Shown one piece after another: positions 9,776-19,721 of a stretch of DNA of 53,969 bases. The notes beneath the pieces were generated by a model that was not told the DNA's origin, did no database searches, and worked only from the letters and a program-made list of their open reading frames with translations. The translations under genes and the position numbers were made by a program. Within the stretch, counting starts at the first letter, position 1; each line of letters begins with the position of its first letter. Location of the stretch: contig JAHFQW010000001.1 of assembly GCA_023259115.1 (NCBI GenBank), positions 17,929 through 71,897 of the forward strand, given 5' to 3'. This DNA is from an archaeon (lineage in GTDB: Archaea > Nanobdellota > Nanobdellia > Woesearchaeales > GW2011-AR9).

Positions 9776-10678
9776 ATGACTTCAATACATTTCCTAAAGC
9801 ACACACTCACTCAAACATATCAATCTATTCGCACACACAAGCTAATAACCGCCCTATTAATACTAATACAAATAATTCTCATAACCACGCTCAGCATTGT
9901 ATTCTTTCTCTACTCCATCCACATTATCAACAACCTTAACAACATCATAGGACCAATACAACAAGCATCACAAATCAATCAAACCCAAACTACTCTCACA
10001 AGTGCACTAAGTATCTCTCAAAATTACCAAAACCTCACCCACAATATATTTATGCTAATAACCCTCACCAGCATAACATTCATTCTAGGAAACAGCATAG
10101 TATGGGCATTAACACATCAACTATTCACTAAACAGAAAACATTTCGCCAAAGTATAGTCGCAGTTATCCAGTGCATGACTAAATATATTTCCACAACTCT
10201 CATCATACTGTTACCATTTGCTTTAATTGTATACAGTCTAACCAACTACATTATTGCCAATAATCTCACCCCAGATTCACTCAATACCCTCTTTAAAGTC
10301 AGTGGCTACATTTTCTGCACACTATATCTAGTACTAATTTACTTCTACGCGTTTATCAACCAACCCAGCTGGCGCTTATATCTGCACAAAATCATCAACC
10401 CCTCCTCAGAAAATAAAGATAAAATTCAAAATGAAATTCAAAACAAAAATCAACATAAAATCACTCCCAGAACTTTTTTTGCACATCTCATAATCATTCT
10501 ATTTATCCACGCATTTTTAATTACATTAACCACCTATTTGATTTATCTATCTATCAACGCTAACCAAGAAATACTGCCCATCATTCTCACTTTTCTCTTA
10601 ATTATATTTCTCCCCCTGACTCGCATCCACTGGATATGTACACTAAATCAAAATATAACGAAGAGCGTAAATTATTAA
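9776..10678 (+). CDS. Multi-pass membrane protein, unknown function
   Basis: 300 aa with ~6 hydrophobic segments. Confidence 0.7.
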   Translation: MTSIHFLKHTLTQTYQSIRTHKLITALLILIQIILITTLSIVFFLYSIHIINNLNNIIGPIQQASQINQTQTTLTSALSISQNYQNLTHNIFMLITLTSITFILGNSIVWALTHQLFTKQKTFRQSIVAVIQCMTKYISTTLIILLPFALIVYSLTNYIIANNLTPDSLNTLFKVSGYIFCTLYLVLIYFYAFINQPSWRLYLHKIINPSSENKDKIQNEIQNKNQHKITPRTFFAHLIIILFIHAFLITLTTYLIYLSINANQEILPIILTFLLIIFLPLTRIHWICTLNQNITKSVNY

Positions 10679-10747
10679 TACTTTTTGACTCTTCGTTATA
10701 TTTGAAACGCCTAACAATCATATTAAAAATGTAGGCGTTTCATTATA
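10654..10747. repeat. TATA-bounded double-hairpin element (family A), 94 bp
   Basis: TATAACGAAGAG-23nt-CTCTTCGTTATA, then TGAAACGCCTA-18nt-TAGGCGTTTCA-TTATA. Confidence 0.7.
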
Positions 10748-10857
10748 ATAAAGAGACAAATAACTAACATTAATAATAATAACAACCAATAATAAGTAGA
10801 GCACACAAAATCATAGAGCCATAAAAAATCATCAAAAAGGTATAACAAGCATAAAAA

Positions 10858-11238
10858 ATGAATCAAAAACCAAAAATCATCATCCCCGACACCAACGCGC
10901 TTATAGCAATAGCAGAATACAAAATAGACCTCTTTGAAAATCTCAATCGCATCTGTGACTTTCCCTATCAAATCCAAGTTCTCCAAGCAACACTAGAAGA
11001 ACTCGAAAAGATAAAACAAGCATCATTAAAAAAATCACGCCTTGTTCAATTCATCAACCTATTATTAAAACAAAAGAAAATTGAAATTATCCCCCAAGAA
11101 GGCTATGTTGATGATCTTCTTGTTGAACATTCCTATCTCAACAACCATATTCTCACGCAAGACAACGCCCTCAAAAAACGCTTAAAAAAGCCATATTTCA
11201 CCATTAGACAACAGAAATATATCATCCTAGTTAAGTGA
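10858..11238 (+). CDS. PIN-domain protein (Fcf1/Utp23-like)
   Basis: IIPDTNAL...EELEK...VDDLL...LTQDNALKKRLK...TIRQ. Confidence 0.85.
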   Translation: MNQKPKIIIPDTNALIAIAEYKIDLFENLNRICDFPYQIQVLQATLEELEKIKQASLKKSRLVQFINLLLKQKKIEIIPQEGYVDDLLVEHSYLNNHILTQDNALKKRLKKPYFTIRQQKYIILVK

Positions 11239-11334
11239 GACAGAAGAGACAAAGAATTTTGCGATAACTATTCTAACCTCTCTCTAAAAACACAAAAGTT
11301 AAGTTTAAATAAACAAACAATTTACCTAAACCCT

Positions 11335-12675
11335 GTGAAAAAAGAGCGTGATGAAAAAACGAAAGTAAAAAGTAAAGAAATACAGACTATAGAAAAAAAA
11401 CTAACACCACCGCATTCAACACTACAAAAAATTCTAAAAAAATTTGGTCCAGGTTTTATAACCGGCGCATCTGATGATGATCCCTCCGGCATTGCCACCT
11501 ACTCTCAAACCGGCGCAAAATTCGGCTACACCCAACTCTGGACCTCACTATTCACTTTTCCATTCATGTCTGCCGTGCAAGAAATGTGTGGTCGTATTGG
11601 TCTTGTAACCGGAAAAGGACTTGCCAGCCTCATAAAACATCACTACTCCAAAAAACTATTATACTTTTGCGTATTTCTCCTCGTATTTGCTAATACTATC
11701 AATATTGGTGCAGATCTAGGCGCTATGGCCTCCTCCGCCCAATTAGTCTTTGGCATCCCCTTCATTTTCTGGCTTCTCTTCATCACCGCAACCACGCTCC
11801 TCCTCGAAGTATTCGTCTCCTATCAAGTGTACGCCAAAATACTCAAATACCTCACCATCTCCCTCTTCTCCTACATCGCTGTCGTATTTATCATCCAGCA
11901 AGACTGGAGCAAAATTATCCTCTCCACATTCATTCCCACATTTATCTGGAGTAAAGACTATCTCTTCAACATTGTCGCTATTCTTGGTACAACCATCTCT
12001 CCGTACTTATATTTCTGGCAAACCAGTGAAGAAGTAGAAGAACTAGTAGAACGCAAAGAACTCAAAACAATGGGCAGCGGTACACCTCATTTTCATCGCC
12101 AAGAAATCAAAGATATGCGCACAGACACCCTCATAGGCATGTTCTTCTCGAATCTCATTATGTTCTTTATCATTGCCGCAACCGCCTCAACTCTTGGAAT
12201 TCATGGAATCACAGAGATTCAAACCGCCAATCAAGCCGCTCAAGCCCTCCAACCCATTGCCGGCAATTTTGCCTACATCTTATTCGCCCTCGGTATCATT
12301 GGCACAGGACTATTAGCCGTCCCCATCCTCGCCGGTTCCGCCTCTTATGCACTCGCTGAAACATTAGGCATGCGCGAAGGATTATATCGAAAATTCAAAC
12401 AAGCCCATGGTTTTTATGGCATAATAACTATCGCCACAATCTTAGGGTTGCTCATCAATTTTACATCCATTCCTCCCTTCAAAGTATTATACTACACCGC
12501 CATTCTCAACGGCATCTGTGCTCCTCCTCTGCTATTTGTTCTCCTCAAAATATCCAACGACAAAAAAATCATGGGAAAATATACCAATAGCAAACTCTCA
12601 AATATATTAGGGTGGTCTATCGCCATAATTATGAGTATTGCCGCCATTGCCCTACTCATCGAGATACTACTTTAA
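11335..12675 (+). CDS. NRAMP-family divalent metal transporter
   Basis: GPGFITGASDDDPSGIATYSQTGAKFG and GTTISPYL motifs; ~11 TM segments. Confidence 0.9.
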   Translation: MKKERDEKTKVKSKEIQTIEKKLTPPHSTLQKILKKFGPGFITGASDDDPSGIATYSQTGAKFGYTQLWTSLFTFPFMSAVQEMCGRIGLVTGKGLASLIKHHYSKKLLYFCVFLLVFANTINIGADLGAMASSAQLVFGIPFIFWLLFITATTLLLEVFVSYQVYAKILKYLTISLFSYIAVVFIIQQDWSKIILSTFIPTFIWSKDYLFNIVAILGTTISPYLYFWQTSEEVEELVERKELKTMGSGTPHFHRQEIKDMRTDTLIGMFFSNLIMFFIIAATASTLGIHGITEIQTANQAAQALQPIAGNFAYILFALGIIGTGLLAVPILAGSASYALAETLGMREGLYRKFKQAHGFYGIITIATILGLLINFTSIPPFKVLYYTAILNGICAPPLLFVLLKISNDKKIMGKYTNSKLSNILGWSIAIIMSIAAIALLIEILL

Positions 12676-12746
12676 AAAAAAGAAAAACAAGTAGAGAAAC
12701 CAAAAGAATAAACCCAAACAAAAGAATAAACCAAAAAACCTCAAAC

Positions 12747-13436
12747 TCATCTCAATCCAAACTTCTTCATCTTTCGCTGCAACGTTTCTCCTCGTAAGCC
12801 CATCTTCATCGCCACCTTCTTCAAATCACCCCTCTTCTCCTCAAGATGATGCACAATAAACTGTTTCTCAAACTCTCGCTCCGCCTCTTTCCAACCTAAC
12901 TGCTCAAAAGCGAGCACTTTGGCGATATTTTTTGAAAGAGCCGGAACTTCACGATACAAATCCTCCATTTTCTGCGGATGAAAAATACGTTTATATTGTT
13001 CAAGTGTTCCTCGAATCGTATCCTCCACCACTTTTTCTTTATATTCTAATTCTCCTTTTACATCCCCTCGAACAATATCCACATCAATCTCAAACTCTTT
13101 AATCGCCCGATGTACCGAACGTCGATCAATTCCCAGTATCTTTGCCAACTGCGATACATTCCCTCGCTTCAACATCAACTCACGTCGTAAAAAATCCTCT
13201 TTGAATTTCTTCTTGGCATCTTTAAACGAAGCGGTTAGTGGAACATATATACTCAGCGATGGTTTTGCCAACTGATCCGTAATATCTGACTCAATTTTTG
13301 GAATCGTAATACCAAAACTCTTCTCCAGCGTCTCCTCCAGCAGAGGCACAACCTTATCTTTAATTGTTGCTTCCAAATCTTTCTTATCTGACTCTTCTTT
13401 CTTCCAAAATAATTTTTTTGATTTTTGATCCATCAT
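12747..13436 (-). CDS. Protein with two tandem Fis-type HTH domains
   Basis: FKDAKKKFKEDFL...GNVSQLAKILGIDRRSVHRAIK and WKEAEREFEKQFI...GDLKKVAMKMGLRGETLQRKMK. Start reassigned to MMDQK because the listed start overlaps the upstream gene. Confidence 0.75.
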   Translation of the reverse strand: MMDQKSKKLFWKKEESDKKDLEATIKDKVVPLLEETLEKSFGITIPKIESDITDQLAKPSLSIYVPLTASFKDAKKKFKEDFLRRELMLKRGNVSQLAKILGIDRRSVHRAIKEFEIDVDIVRGDVKGELEYKEKVVEDTIRGTLEQYKRIFHPQKMEDLYREVPALSKNIAKVLAFEQLGWKEAEREFEKQFIVHHLEEKRGDLKKVAMKMGLRGETLQRKMKKFGLR

Positions 13437-13452
13437 AGTAGTAATGCAGTAA

Positions 13453-13902
13453 TTAATTCTTAAATTCATACTTGAAATAGCACTCTTTCCACAACGATCC
13501 CGCGGGCAATCCATACAAAAACAACAACACAATCAACAACAATTGACTATCAACACTTTGTCGCGCAAAATTCACAAGCATCAAAAACCCTCCCGCTCCA
13601 AAACCGTAACGCACTACATCAATTAATATTCTTCGCCATATACCTTGATTTTTTTTCACAATATATTCCATTGAAAAGAACATTCCTCCCCCCAATAAAA
13701 ACAACCAAAACAAAAACCACATCTGCTCTAAAAAAAGAATATAACTCAGAAGCGCAATCATACCCAAAAAAAGAACTTGACACAGCCACACAAAATATCT
13801 TCTCCCAAATTCCAATTCCTCAGACGCAACAAACCCTAACAGAACACCAAAACACCAGCCCAATAATACCACAAGCAACATCCACACCATCATTAAATTC
13901 AA
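13453..13902 (-). CDS. Membrane hypothetical protein
   Basis: 149 aa, hydrophobic; LLFLYGLPAGS C-terminus. Confidence 0.65.
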   Translation of the reverse strand: MNLMMVWMLLVVLLGWCFGVLLGFVASEELEFGRRYFVWLCQVLFLGMIALLSYILFLEQMWFLFWLFLLGGGMFFSMEYIVKKNQGIWRRILIDVVRYGFGAGGFLMLVNFARQSVDSQLLLIVLLFLYGLPAGSLWKECYFKYEFKN

Positions 13903-13943
13903 CCTTTAATAATTCAACAATTAATATAATATACTACTCAACT

Positions 13944-14993
13944 TTACTCACTTAACTCCACTTGACTTTTAAACTGTCCTAAAAACTTCTCCCAATCTTC
14001 TTCTTTGATAACGGCACCGCACGCATTCTGATGCCCTCCCCCATATCCCTGTACCCCTTCCAACGCTTTCTCAACCGCTGAAAGTATGGGAAACTGCGCT
14101 CGCAAGCTCGACTTATACTCCCCCGACTTCTTGCGTGCAATGATAATCACTTTCTGTGGATATAACGCCATGAGTTCATTAGCCAAATTCGCTGTAAACG
14201 ACCACTCCGTCTCCGTATAATAAAACAACACCAGTTTACTCTTAGTCACTTCCTTCTTCGCCAGCTTCAACAACCCTTCATATTTATGATCAAGCATCTC
14301 AAAGCGTTTCCATAAAAAATTTCCCTGCGCTGTTGTCTGTAAAAACACTTCATCAGGAGATTCCAAACGCATCAAAATCTTAATGGACTTATGCACATCT
14401 TGACTTTTGCCTTTCAACAAAAAGAAAAACATCTTAACTAACTTTCCTAACTTCTGATAATACATCGCATCTGTTAAATCCTTCTTCTCAGATAAATAGG
14501 TTGGATATTTCAACACAAACGAATCAATAAAATCAGGCATATACCAATCCGCAATACACCCAGAAGTCGCAATCCATAAATCCAAAGGATTACCTGCAAC
14601 ATCACCCGTCACTTGATACGCCATACGCGACGTTGGCACATACGCATTTGCATCCGCAATACGCGGATTAAAATAATGAATATGTTCTCTCTTGAGCGGC
14701 TGATGATGATCAATCCAAAAAATGGGTCGCATCACCGCATCAATAAACTCTTGTTCCACAATCGGCACATCCAACACAAAAATCTTATCCGGATTGATCT
14801 CCAAGACTTTATTCACAAGCCGATGATCCAGCTTTGGCGCCGTCTTCAAAGCCAACCCCCTCCCTAACTTCTTAAAACGATATAATAACAGAAACGAACA
14901 CAACCCATCCGCATCATCATCATGGATAAAGAGGGGATTCTTCGCCGTTTCCAATTCTTCCCGTAAAAAGCGGATTTGTTCAACAGATAGCAT
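13944..14993 (-). CDS. DHH-family phosphoesterase (DHH + DHHA1)
   Basis: HDDDADG, VLDVP, WIDHH, IAD, SLR and GGGHQNACG motifs; start set at MLSVEQ. Confidence 0.88.
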   Translation of the reverse strand: MLSVEQIRFLREELETAKNPLFIHDDDADGLCSFLLLYRFKKLGRGLALKTAPKLDHRLVNKVLEINPDKIFVLDVPIVEQEFIDAVMRPIFWIDHHQPLKREHIHYFNPRIADANAYVPTSRMAYQVTGDVAGNPLDLWIATSGCIADWYMPDFIDSFVLKYPTYLSEKKDLTDAMYYQKLGKLVKMFFFLLKGKSQDVHKSIKILMRLESPDEVFLQTTAQGNFLWKRFEMLDHKYEGLLKLAKKEVTKSKLVLFYYTETEWSFTANLANELMALYPQKVIIIARKKSGEYKSSLRAQFPILSAVEKALEGVQGYGGGHQNACGAVIKEEDWEKFLGQFKSQVELSE

Positions 14994-15059
14994 AGAGGTG
15001 CATATTCCCATCCGCTTTTTAAAGGTTGGGGTGGATAAAATCGCATGTTCTAAAGAATG

Positions 15060-15203
15060 TATAGATACGGCAGTAATTTATCGAACATATAAAAGCCGTA
15101 TCTATATGCGGGGAAACCGCCGTTTCCTGCATGCCAGAAATCGTAGTTTCTGTGCATAGGGCGGCACTAACTATTTGTTCGATTAATTAGTGCCGCACGT
15201 ATA
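15060..15203. repeat. Family A double-hairpin element with nested family B insert (15107-15158)
   Basis: TATAGATACGGC-23nt-GCCGTATCTATA, then the insert, then GCGGCACTAA-16nt-TTAGTGCCGC...TATA. Length is ~92 bp without the insert. Confidence 0.75.
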
Positions 15204-15251
15204 CCAAAATCTAAAGCAAATTATTTAAAGAACATTTCTTAAGTTAGAAAG

Positions 15252-15338
15252 ATGTACATCCATAATCAAAAAATTAAGAAATGGCATGGTTACATTGGCA
15301 AAGAAGAAACAGATAAAACCATGGATGAATTATACTAA
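15252..15338 (+). CDS. 28-aa ORF or gene remnant between two hairpin elements
   Basis: MYIHNQKIKKWHGYIGKEETDKTMDELY with a TTTAAAG box ~28 bp upstream. The stop codon lies inside the next element. Confidence 0.35.
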   Translation: MYIHNQKIKKWHGYIGKEETDKTMDELY

Positions 15339-15542
15339 AAGCACGAAATATTTGTATACACAAAATGTGAAGAATATCACATTTGTGCACCAATGAAATC
15401 GTCGTTTCATTGTGTGTTTGTTCGTGCTTTTATACACAAAGCAAAGAAACGACTTTGCTTGTGCACAAATGGAATCGTTATTCCATTTTGTGTATACAAA
15501 GGCACTAACTATTTCGTACGATTAATTAGTGCCTTTGGTATA
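15331..15542. repeat. Family A double-hairpin element with two nested family B inserts (15355-15416, 15431-15496)
   Basis: TAAAAGCACGAA/TTCGTGCTTTTA and CAAAGGCACTAA/TTAGTGCCTTTG stems. The inserts start TATACAA-like (TATACACAAA), carry hairpin-GTGCAC-hairpin, and end TGTGTG or TGTGTATA. Confidence 0.72.
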
Positions 15543-15615
15543 CGATAAAAGAAAGATTAACACAATCTTATAACTTCTTATTTTTTCATTACTATTTAAA
15601 AATGATAAAAATACT

Positions 15616-15630
15616 GAAATATTTATAAAG
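15616..15630 (+). promoter_or_regulatory. BRE-TATA promoter of kinase gene (leaderless)
   Basis: GAAATA-TTTATAAAG about 30 bp before ATG 15653. Confidence 0.55.
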
Positions 15631-15652
15631 AACAACGCAAAATCAACTTTTT

Positions 15653-17236
15653 ATGAGCGATTCCCAAAAAAGTACTATCGAACAAACCACCACTCCAGCC
15701 ATAAAAACCGGCACTATTCTCATTCAAGACACGAAACGCACATTTGAAATTGAAGGTACCAAATATCAAGAACTTGCAACATTAGGCTCAACTACCACAA
15801 ATCGTACCTATCTCGTTCAAGGCCCAAACGGCAAAGCCGTCATCAAATCATTAAACGATCGTATAACCACAACACAAAACATCCAAGACCAAACCAAAGC
15901 CATGGAACTCTTTGAACGCGAAGCCGCCCTCTTAGCCCGTCTAGATCATCCTCAAATCCCCAAACTCTATCAATGTTTTCAAGCCCCAGATGCCGATGGA
16001 AGAATTGGACAGTACCTCATGCAAGAACATTTTGAAAGCAAAAATCTCGAAGCTCTCCTCCAACAACGCACTAAAATAACCCCGCAAGAAGCCATCAGTA
16101 TTCTTCTCTCCGTCATAAAACCTCTAGAATATATTCACTCCCACAACCCCCCAATCATTCATCGCGACATAAAACCCGCCAATATATTATGGGATGGCAT
16201 TGAAGCCAAACTCGTTGACCTCGGCTCCGCCCTAGATAAAAAACACGATTCCCTTGGCGGTTCCACCATCGCCGGAACTCGTGGCTACATGGCTCCTGAA
16301 CAATGGATTGGCTCCGCCGCACCTCAATCAGACATCTATAGTCTTGGCGCCACTCTGCTTCGTCTCATCACCGGCATCCCTATCGAAACTCTCTATGACG
16401 AAAAAGCCACAAAATTTGAAAAACGCTTCGCCATCCAATACAAAGAAAAAGTCGGAGAGAACATACCTCCCGATTTGCAAACCATCCTAGATAACTGCCT
16501 CCAATTCGATACCGACAAACGCTATACATCTATAACAGAATTACACACCGCACTAGAAACATATCTGGACACAACAGCAGCCTCACCACAAAAGAGAACA
16601 AAAGAAATCAAAAACAACAAAACATCCTCAATTCAACCAAAATTGATGGTAGGAATAATGGTTCTAGCAACCGTAGCAGTTATGGGAATAGTAGAGATGT
16701 CGGATTATAGAAAAAAACACTTCCACACCCTCTCCCAAAACGAAGTCGCCATCTTAATAGATGACAAAGGCAATTACCGAGAAGATACAGAATGCAAAAA
16801 TCCTCCTTTTTCAGGACTACAAGTCAAACACCCCAGCGACACCGTCATCGAATACACCACACCCAACCATGTCAGCACCATTCAGACCTTCAATAAAATA
16901 CCCCTCTACAGCGTGCTTCACTATAGAATCACCGACCCCGTTAACATTCACACCATCATGAACATGTATGATCGCTCACACCAAAGTATGGGCAATAACT
17001 CTGAACAATATCCTAATCCAACTAAACTCACCCTCTTCCTAGAAGACTTTTTGCAGCAAGAGGTTGCCAACTACTTCAAAGAACACCCCAACACCAACAT
17101 AGAAAAATCAACCAATCCCTCCCAAACCGACCCCCTCGATGACTACATCAAAAAATCCTGCCAACTCAAACTCCCTCGTGGCCTCGAATGTATCTCCTAT
17201 GAATGGACTAAAGGCATATCACTTCCCGCACAATAA
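15653..17236 (+). CDS. Hanks-type Ser/Thr protein kinase with TM helix and SPFH-like C-terminal domain
   Basis: AVIK, FEREA, HRDIKPAN, DLG, GTRGYMAPEQ and SDIYSLG motifs; TM LMVGIMVLATVAVMGIV; C-terminal GLQVKHP...LHYRITDP. Confidence 0.9.
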   Translation: MSDSQKSTIEQTTTPAIKTGTILIQDTKRTFEIEGTKYQELATLGSTTTNRTYLVQGPNGKAVIKSLNDRITTTQNIQDQTKAMELFEREAALLARLDHPQIPKLYQCFQAPDADGRIGQYLMQEHFESKNLEALLQQRTKITPQEAISILLSVIKPLEYIHSHNPPIIHRDIKPANILWDGIEAKLVDLGSALDKKHDSLGGSTIAGTRGYMAPEQWIGSAAPQSDIYSLGATLLRLITGIPIETLYDEKATKFEKRFAIQYKEKVGENIPPDLQTILDNCLQFDTDKRYTSITELHTALETYLDTTAASPQKRTKEIKNNKTSSIQPKLMVGIMVLATVAVMGIVEMSDYRKKHFHTLSQNEVAILIDDKGNYREDTECKNPPFSGLQVKHPSDTVIEYTTPNHVSTIQTFNKIPLYSVLHYRITDPVNIHTIMNMYDRSHQSMGNNSEQYPNPTKLTLFLEDFLQQEVANYFKEHPNTNIEKSTNPSQTDPLDDYIKKSCQLKLPRGLECISYEWTKGISLPAQ

Positions 17237-17259
17237 TAAACCTCAACACTAAAAAACCC

Positions 17260-18219
17260 ATGACCAACTATCCCACTCGCCGTGACTTTCTCTCATTCCT
17301 ACTCCAAGCAAGTGTTGGAACTGCCCTAGAATTCTGCGCACAAGAAGCACAAAGCGTACCCCAAAAGAAACAACGAACTCTCCAACTCAACTATCAAACC
17401 ATTCTAGGAAATGACCCACAAAATGATCAAAGAATAAAACAACAAATCCAAGAGCAGTATAAACAACGAAATTTTGAACAATATCTCACCGAAGAAGGCG
17501 TCGCCATGCATCCCAACGAAGATTATATCATCCCCTATGTTAAACCCGCCACCATAGAATACACCCCTCCTCAAAATAAACCCACCTCACCACAATATTA
17601 CAAACAATCTAACACCACCCTAACAGTATGTGACAAAAATAATGTCTGTAAAACCGGTCATCCCCTAGAATACGCTTTATCAAAGTACACGTTGCAAAAT
17701 GACCAAGCACTAGGAACTCTTGCAGAGAAAATTACCCAAGGATACGATTCACTAGAAGAAAAAGCCCAAGCACTACTTTGTTTTGTTCAAACTGCCATTC
17801 ATTACGATAAACGAAAAGCAAATCGAGCCAGCGTAAAAATAAATGGCCTACCATATACTGACCCTAATAAAGATTTTATCAGAAGTCCACACCACACATT
17901 AGTAGATCGGTTAGGCGACTGCAAAGATACCTCTATTTTATACGCCAGCTTAGTAGCGCAGTTAAATATCAACGCAATCTATATAGAACTCATCACGCAA
18001 AACACCCCTCATGTAAATATCGGCATCGCCCTAGATTTTGAAGAAAACAGAATACCTCTTGTACCAAAATCTCTCAAGCTCGATGGAAAAATAGAATATA
18101 ACAATACCATTTATTATATCGCCGAAACAACTACAGACAAACCCCTCTTCATCGGAAGAAAGCTTGTAACCGAACGTGGTAGCCCAATTATTGGTATTCA
18201 CCCCATTCTGCCCGCATAA
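17260..18219 (+). CDS. Transglutaminase-like Cys protease with twin-arginine-like N-terminus
   Basis: N-terminal TRRDFL; FVQTAIHY, GDCKDTSIL, HVNIGI and AETT motifs. Confidence 0.75.
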   Translation: MTNYPTRRDFLSFLLQASVGTALEFCAQEAQSVPQKKQRTLQLNYQTILGNDPQNDQRIKQQIQEQYKQRNFEQYLTEEGVAMHPNEDYIIPYVKPATIEYTPPQNKPTSPQYYKQSNTTLTVCDKNNVCKTGHPLEYALSKYTLQNDQALGTLAEKITQGYDSLEEKAQALLCFVQTAIHYDKRKANRASVKINGLPYTDPNKDFIRSPHHTLVDRLGDCKDTSILYASLVAQLNINAIYIELITQNTPHVNIGIALDFEENRIPLVPKSLKLDGKIEYNNTIYYIAETTTDKPLFIGRKLVTERGSPIIGIHPILPA

Positions 18220-18282
18220 TGAAGCAATCTCTTACCTCCTCTTCTACCAAAATCCATTATCACAAAAACCCCATAAGTTTTC

Positions 18283-18298
18283 CGAAATCTTTATAAAT
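18283..18298 (+). promoter_or_regulatory. BRE-TATA promoter of tuf
   Basis: CGAAATC-TTTATAAAT; AGGAGG RBS before the tuf ATG. Confidence 0.55.
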
Positions 18299-18419
18299 AA
18301 ACTCAAGAACAACCCTCTACAACCAACAATGATGTTGAGTACAACTAAAAATCAAAAAAAAGATAAAAAAAACAAAAATAAACTAACACTTCAGTCTAGA
18401 AAAGGAGGAATATAATAAA

Positions 18420-19721
18420 ATGGCAAAAACAAAAGAACACATTAACTTAGTATTTATTGGTCACGTTGATCACGGTAAATCAACCACCGTTGGGCGATTG
18501 TTATTCGATACCGGAAATATTGACGAACAAGCCATGCGAAAATTAAGAGAGAAAGCCGAACAACTAGGCAAGAAAGGCTTCGAATTTGCATTTGTCATGG
18601 ACAACTTAAAAGAAGAGCAAGAACGTGGAGTAACCATTGACCTCTCCCACAAGCGCTTCGATACAGACAAATATTACTTCACAATTATTGACGCACCTGG
18701 GCACAAGGATTTCATTAAAAACATGATTACTGGCGCATCCCAAGCAGATGCCGCCGTCATTGTTGTTGCCGCAAACGACGGTGTCAACGCTCAAACTATC
18801 GAGCATCTCCGTCTGAGCAAAATCTTCGGTGTTGGTCAATTATTAGTTGCCGTCAACAAAATGGATATGCCCGGTGTTGACTTCGCAGAAAAACGCTTCA
18901 ATGAAGTTGTCGAAGACGTTAAAAAACACGCAGCCCAAGCCGGCTGGAAAGTGGACAAACTACGATTCCTCCCCATCGCATCATTGCCTGGTGAAAATAT
19001 CACTAAAAAATGTGCAAAAATGCCTTGGTGGAGTGGAGACACATTATTAGAAGGAATTAACAAATTCGAAGTACCTCCAAAACCAACCAACTTACCACTA
19101 CGTATGCCCATTCAAGATGTATACAATATCACCGGAATTGGTGTAGTCCCCGTTGGACGTATTGAAACAGGTATCATGAAAGCAGGAGACAAAATTATGA
19201 TCGTTCCTGGACGTGAAGGAAAAGGTGTTCCTGGCGAGATTAAATCTATTGAAATGCATCACGAAAACGTCGCTCAAGCAGAACCTGGAGACAACGTTGG
19301 TATCAACGTCCGTGGTTTAGGTAAAAAAGACATCGCTCGTGGAGACGTTCTCGGACATGCTGACAACGTACCAACTGTTGCCACTGAATTCACCGCGCAA
19401 ATTGTGGTCATGAACCATCCTAGTGTTGTAACCGTTGGATACACACCAGTATTCCACATCCACACCGCGCAAGTTGCCTGTCAGATCATCGAAATCTTGA
19501 AAAAGATCAACCCTGCAACCGGTCAAGAAATCTCTGAAAACAAAGACATCTTGAAAAACGGTGACGCTGCTATTGTCAAATTAAAACCAATGCAGCCGCT
19601 TGTTATCGAGAAAGGTACTGGTGACAATGCCATTCCCCAACTATCTCGATTCGCTATCCGCGATTCCGGAACAACCGTAGGTGCTGGAATGTGTATGGAT
19701 GTTGTCAAAAAAGTATTATAG
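18420..19721 (+). CDS. tuf: Archaeal elongation factor 1-alpha
   Basis: [35 protein letters not shown] and RFAIRD motifs, with archaeal-type insertions. Confidence 0.98.
   Translation: MAKTKEHINLVFIGHVDHGKSTTVGRLLFDTGNIDEQAMRKLREKAEQLGKKGFEFAFVMDNLKEEQERGVTIDLSHKRFDTDKYYFTIIDAPGHKDFIKNMITGASQADAAVIVVAANDGVNAQTIEHLRLSKIFGVGQLLVAVNKMDMPGVDFAEKRFNEVVEDVKKHAAQAGWKVDKLRFLPIASLPGENITKKCAKMPWWSGDTLLEGINKFEVPPKPTNLPLRMPIQDVYNITGIGVVPVGRIETGIMKAGDKIMIVPGREGKGVPGEIKSIEMHHENVAQAEPGDNVGINVRGLGKKDIARGDVLGHADNVPTVATEFTAQIVVMNHPSVVTVGYTPVFHIHTAQVACQIIEILKKINPATGQEISENKDILKNGDAAIVKLKPMQPLVIEKGTGDNAIPQLSRFAIRDSGTTVGAGMCMDVVKKVL

Noticed and set aside
15060-15542. CRISPR array
   Set aside because: The repeats are palindromic, nested and irregularly spaced, with no constant repeat-spacer period and no cas genes in the window.
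18470-19708. Multiple short antisense ORFs within tuf (and similar ones within uvrA, uvrB, rtcB)
   Set aside because: They are shadow frames of conserved genes, favoured by the strong strand bias.
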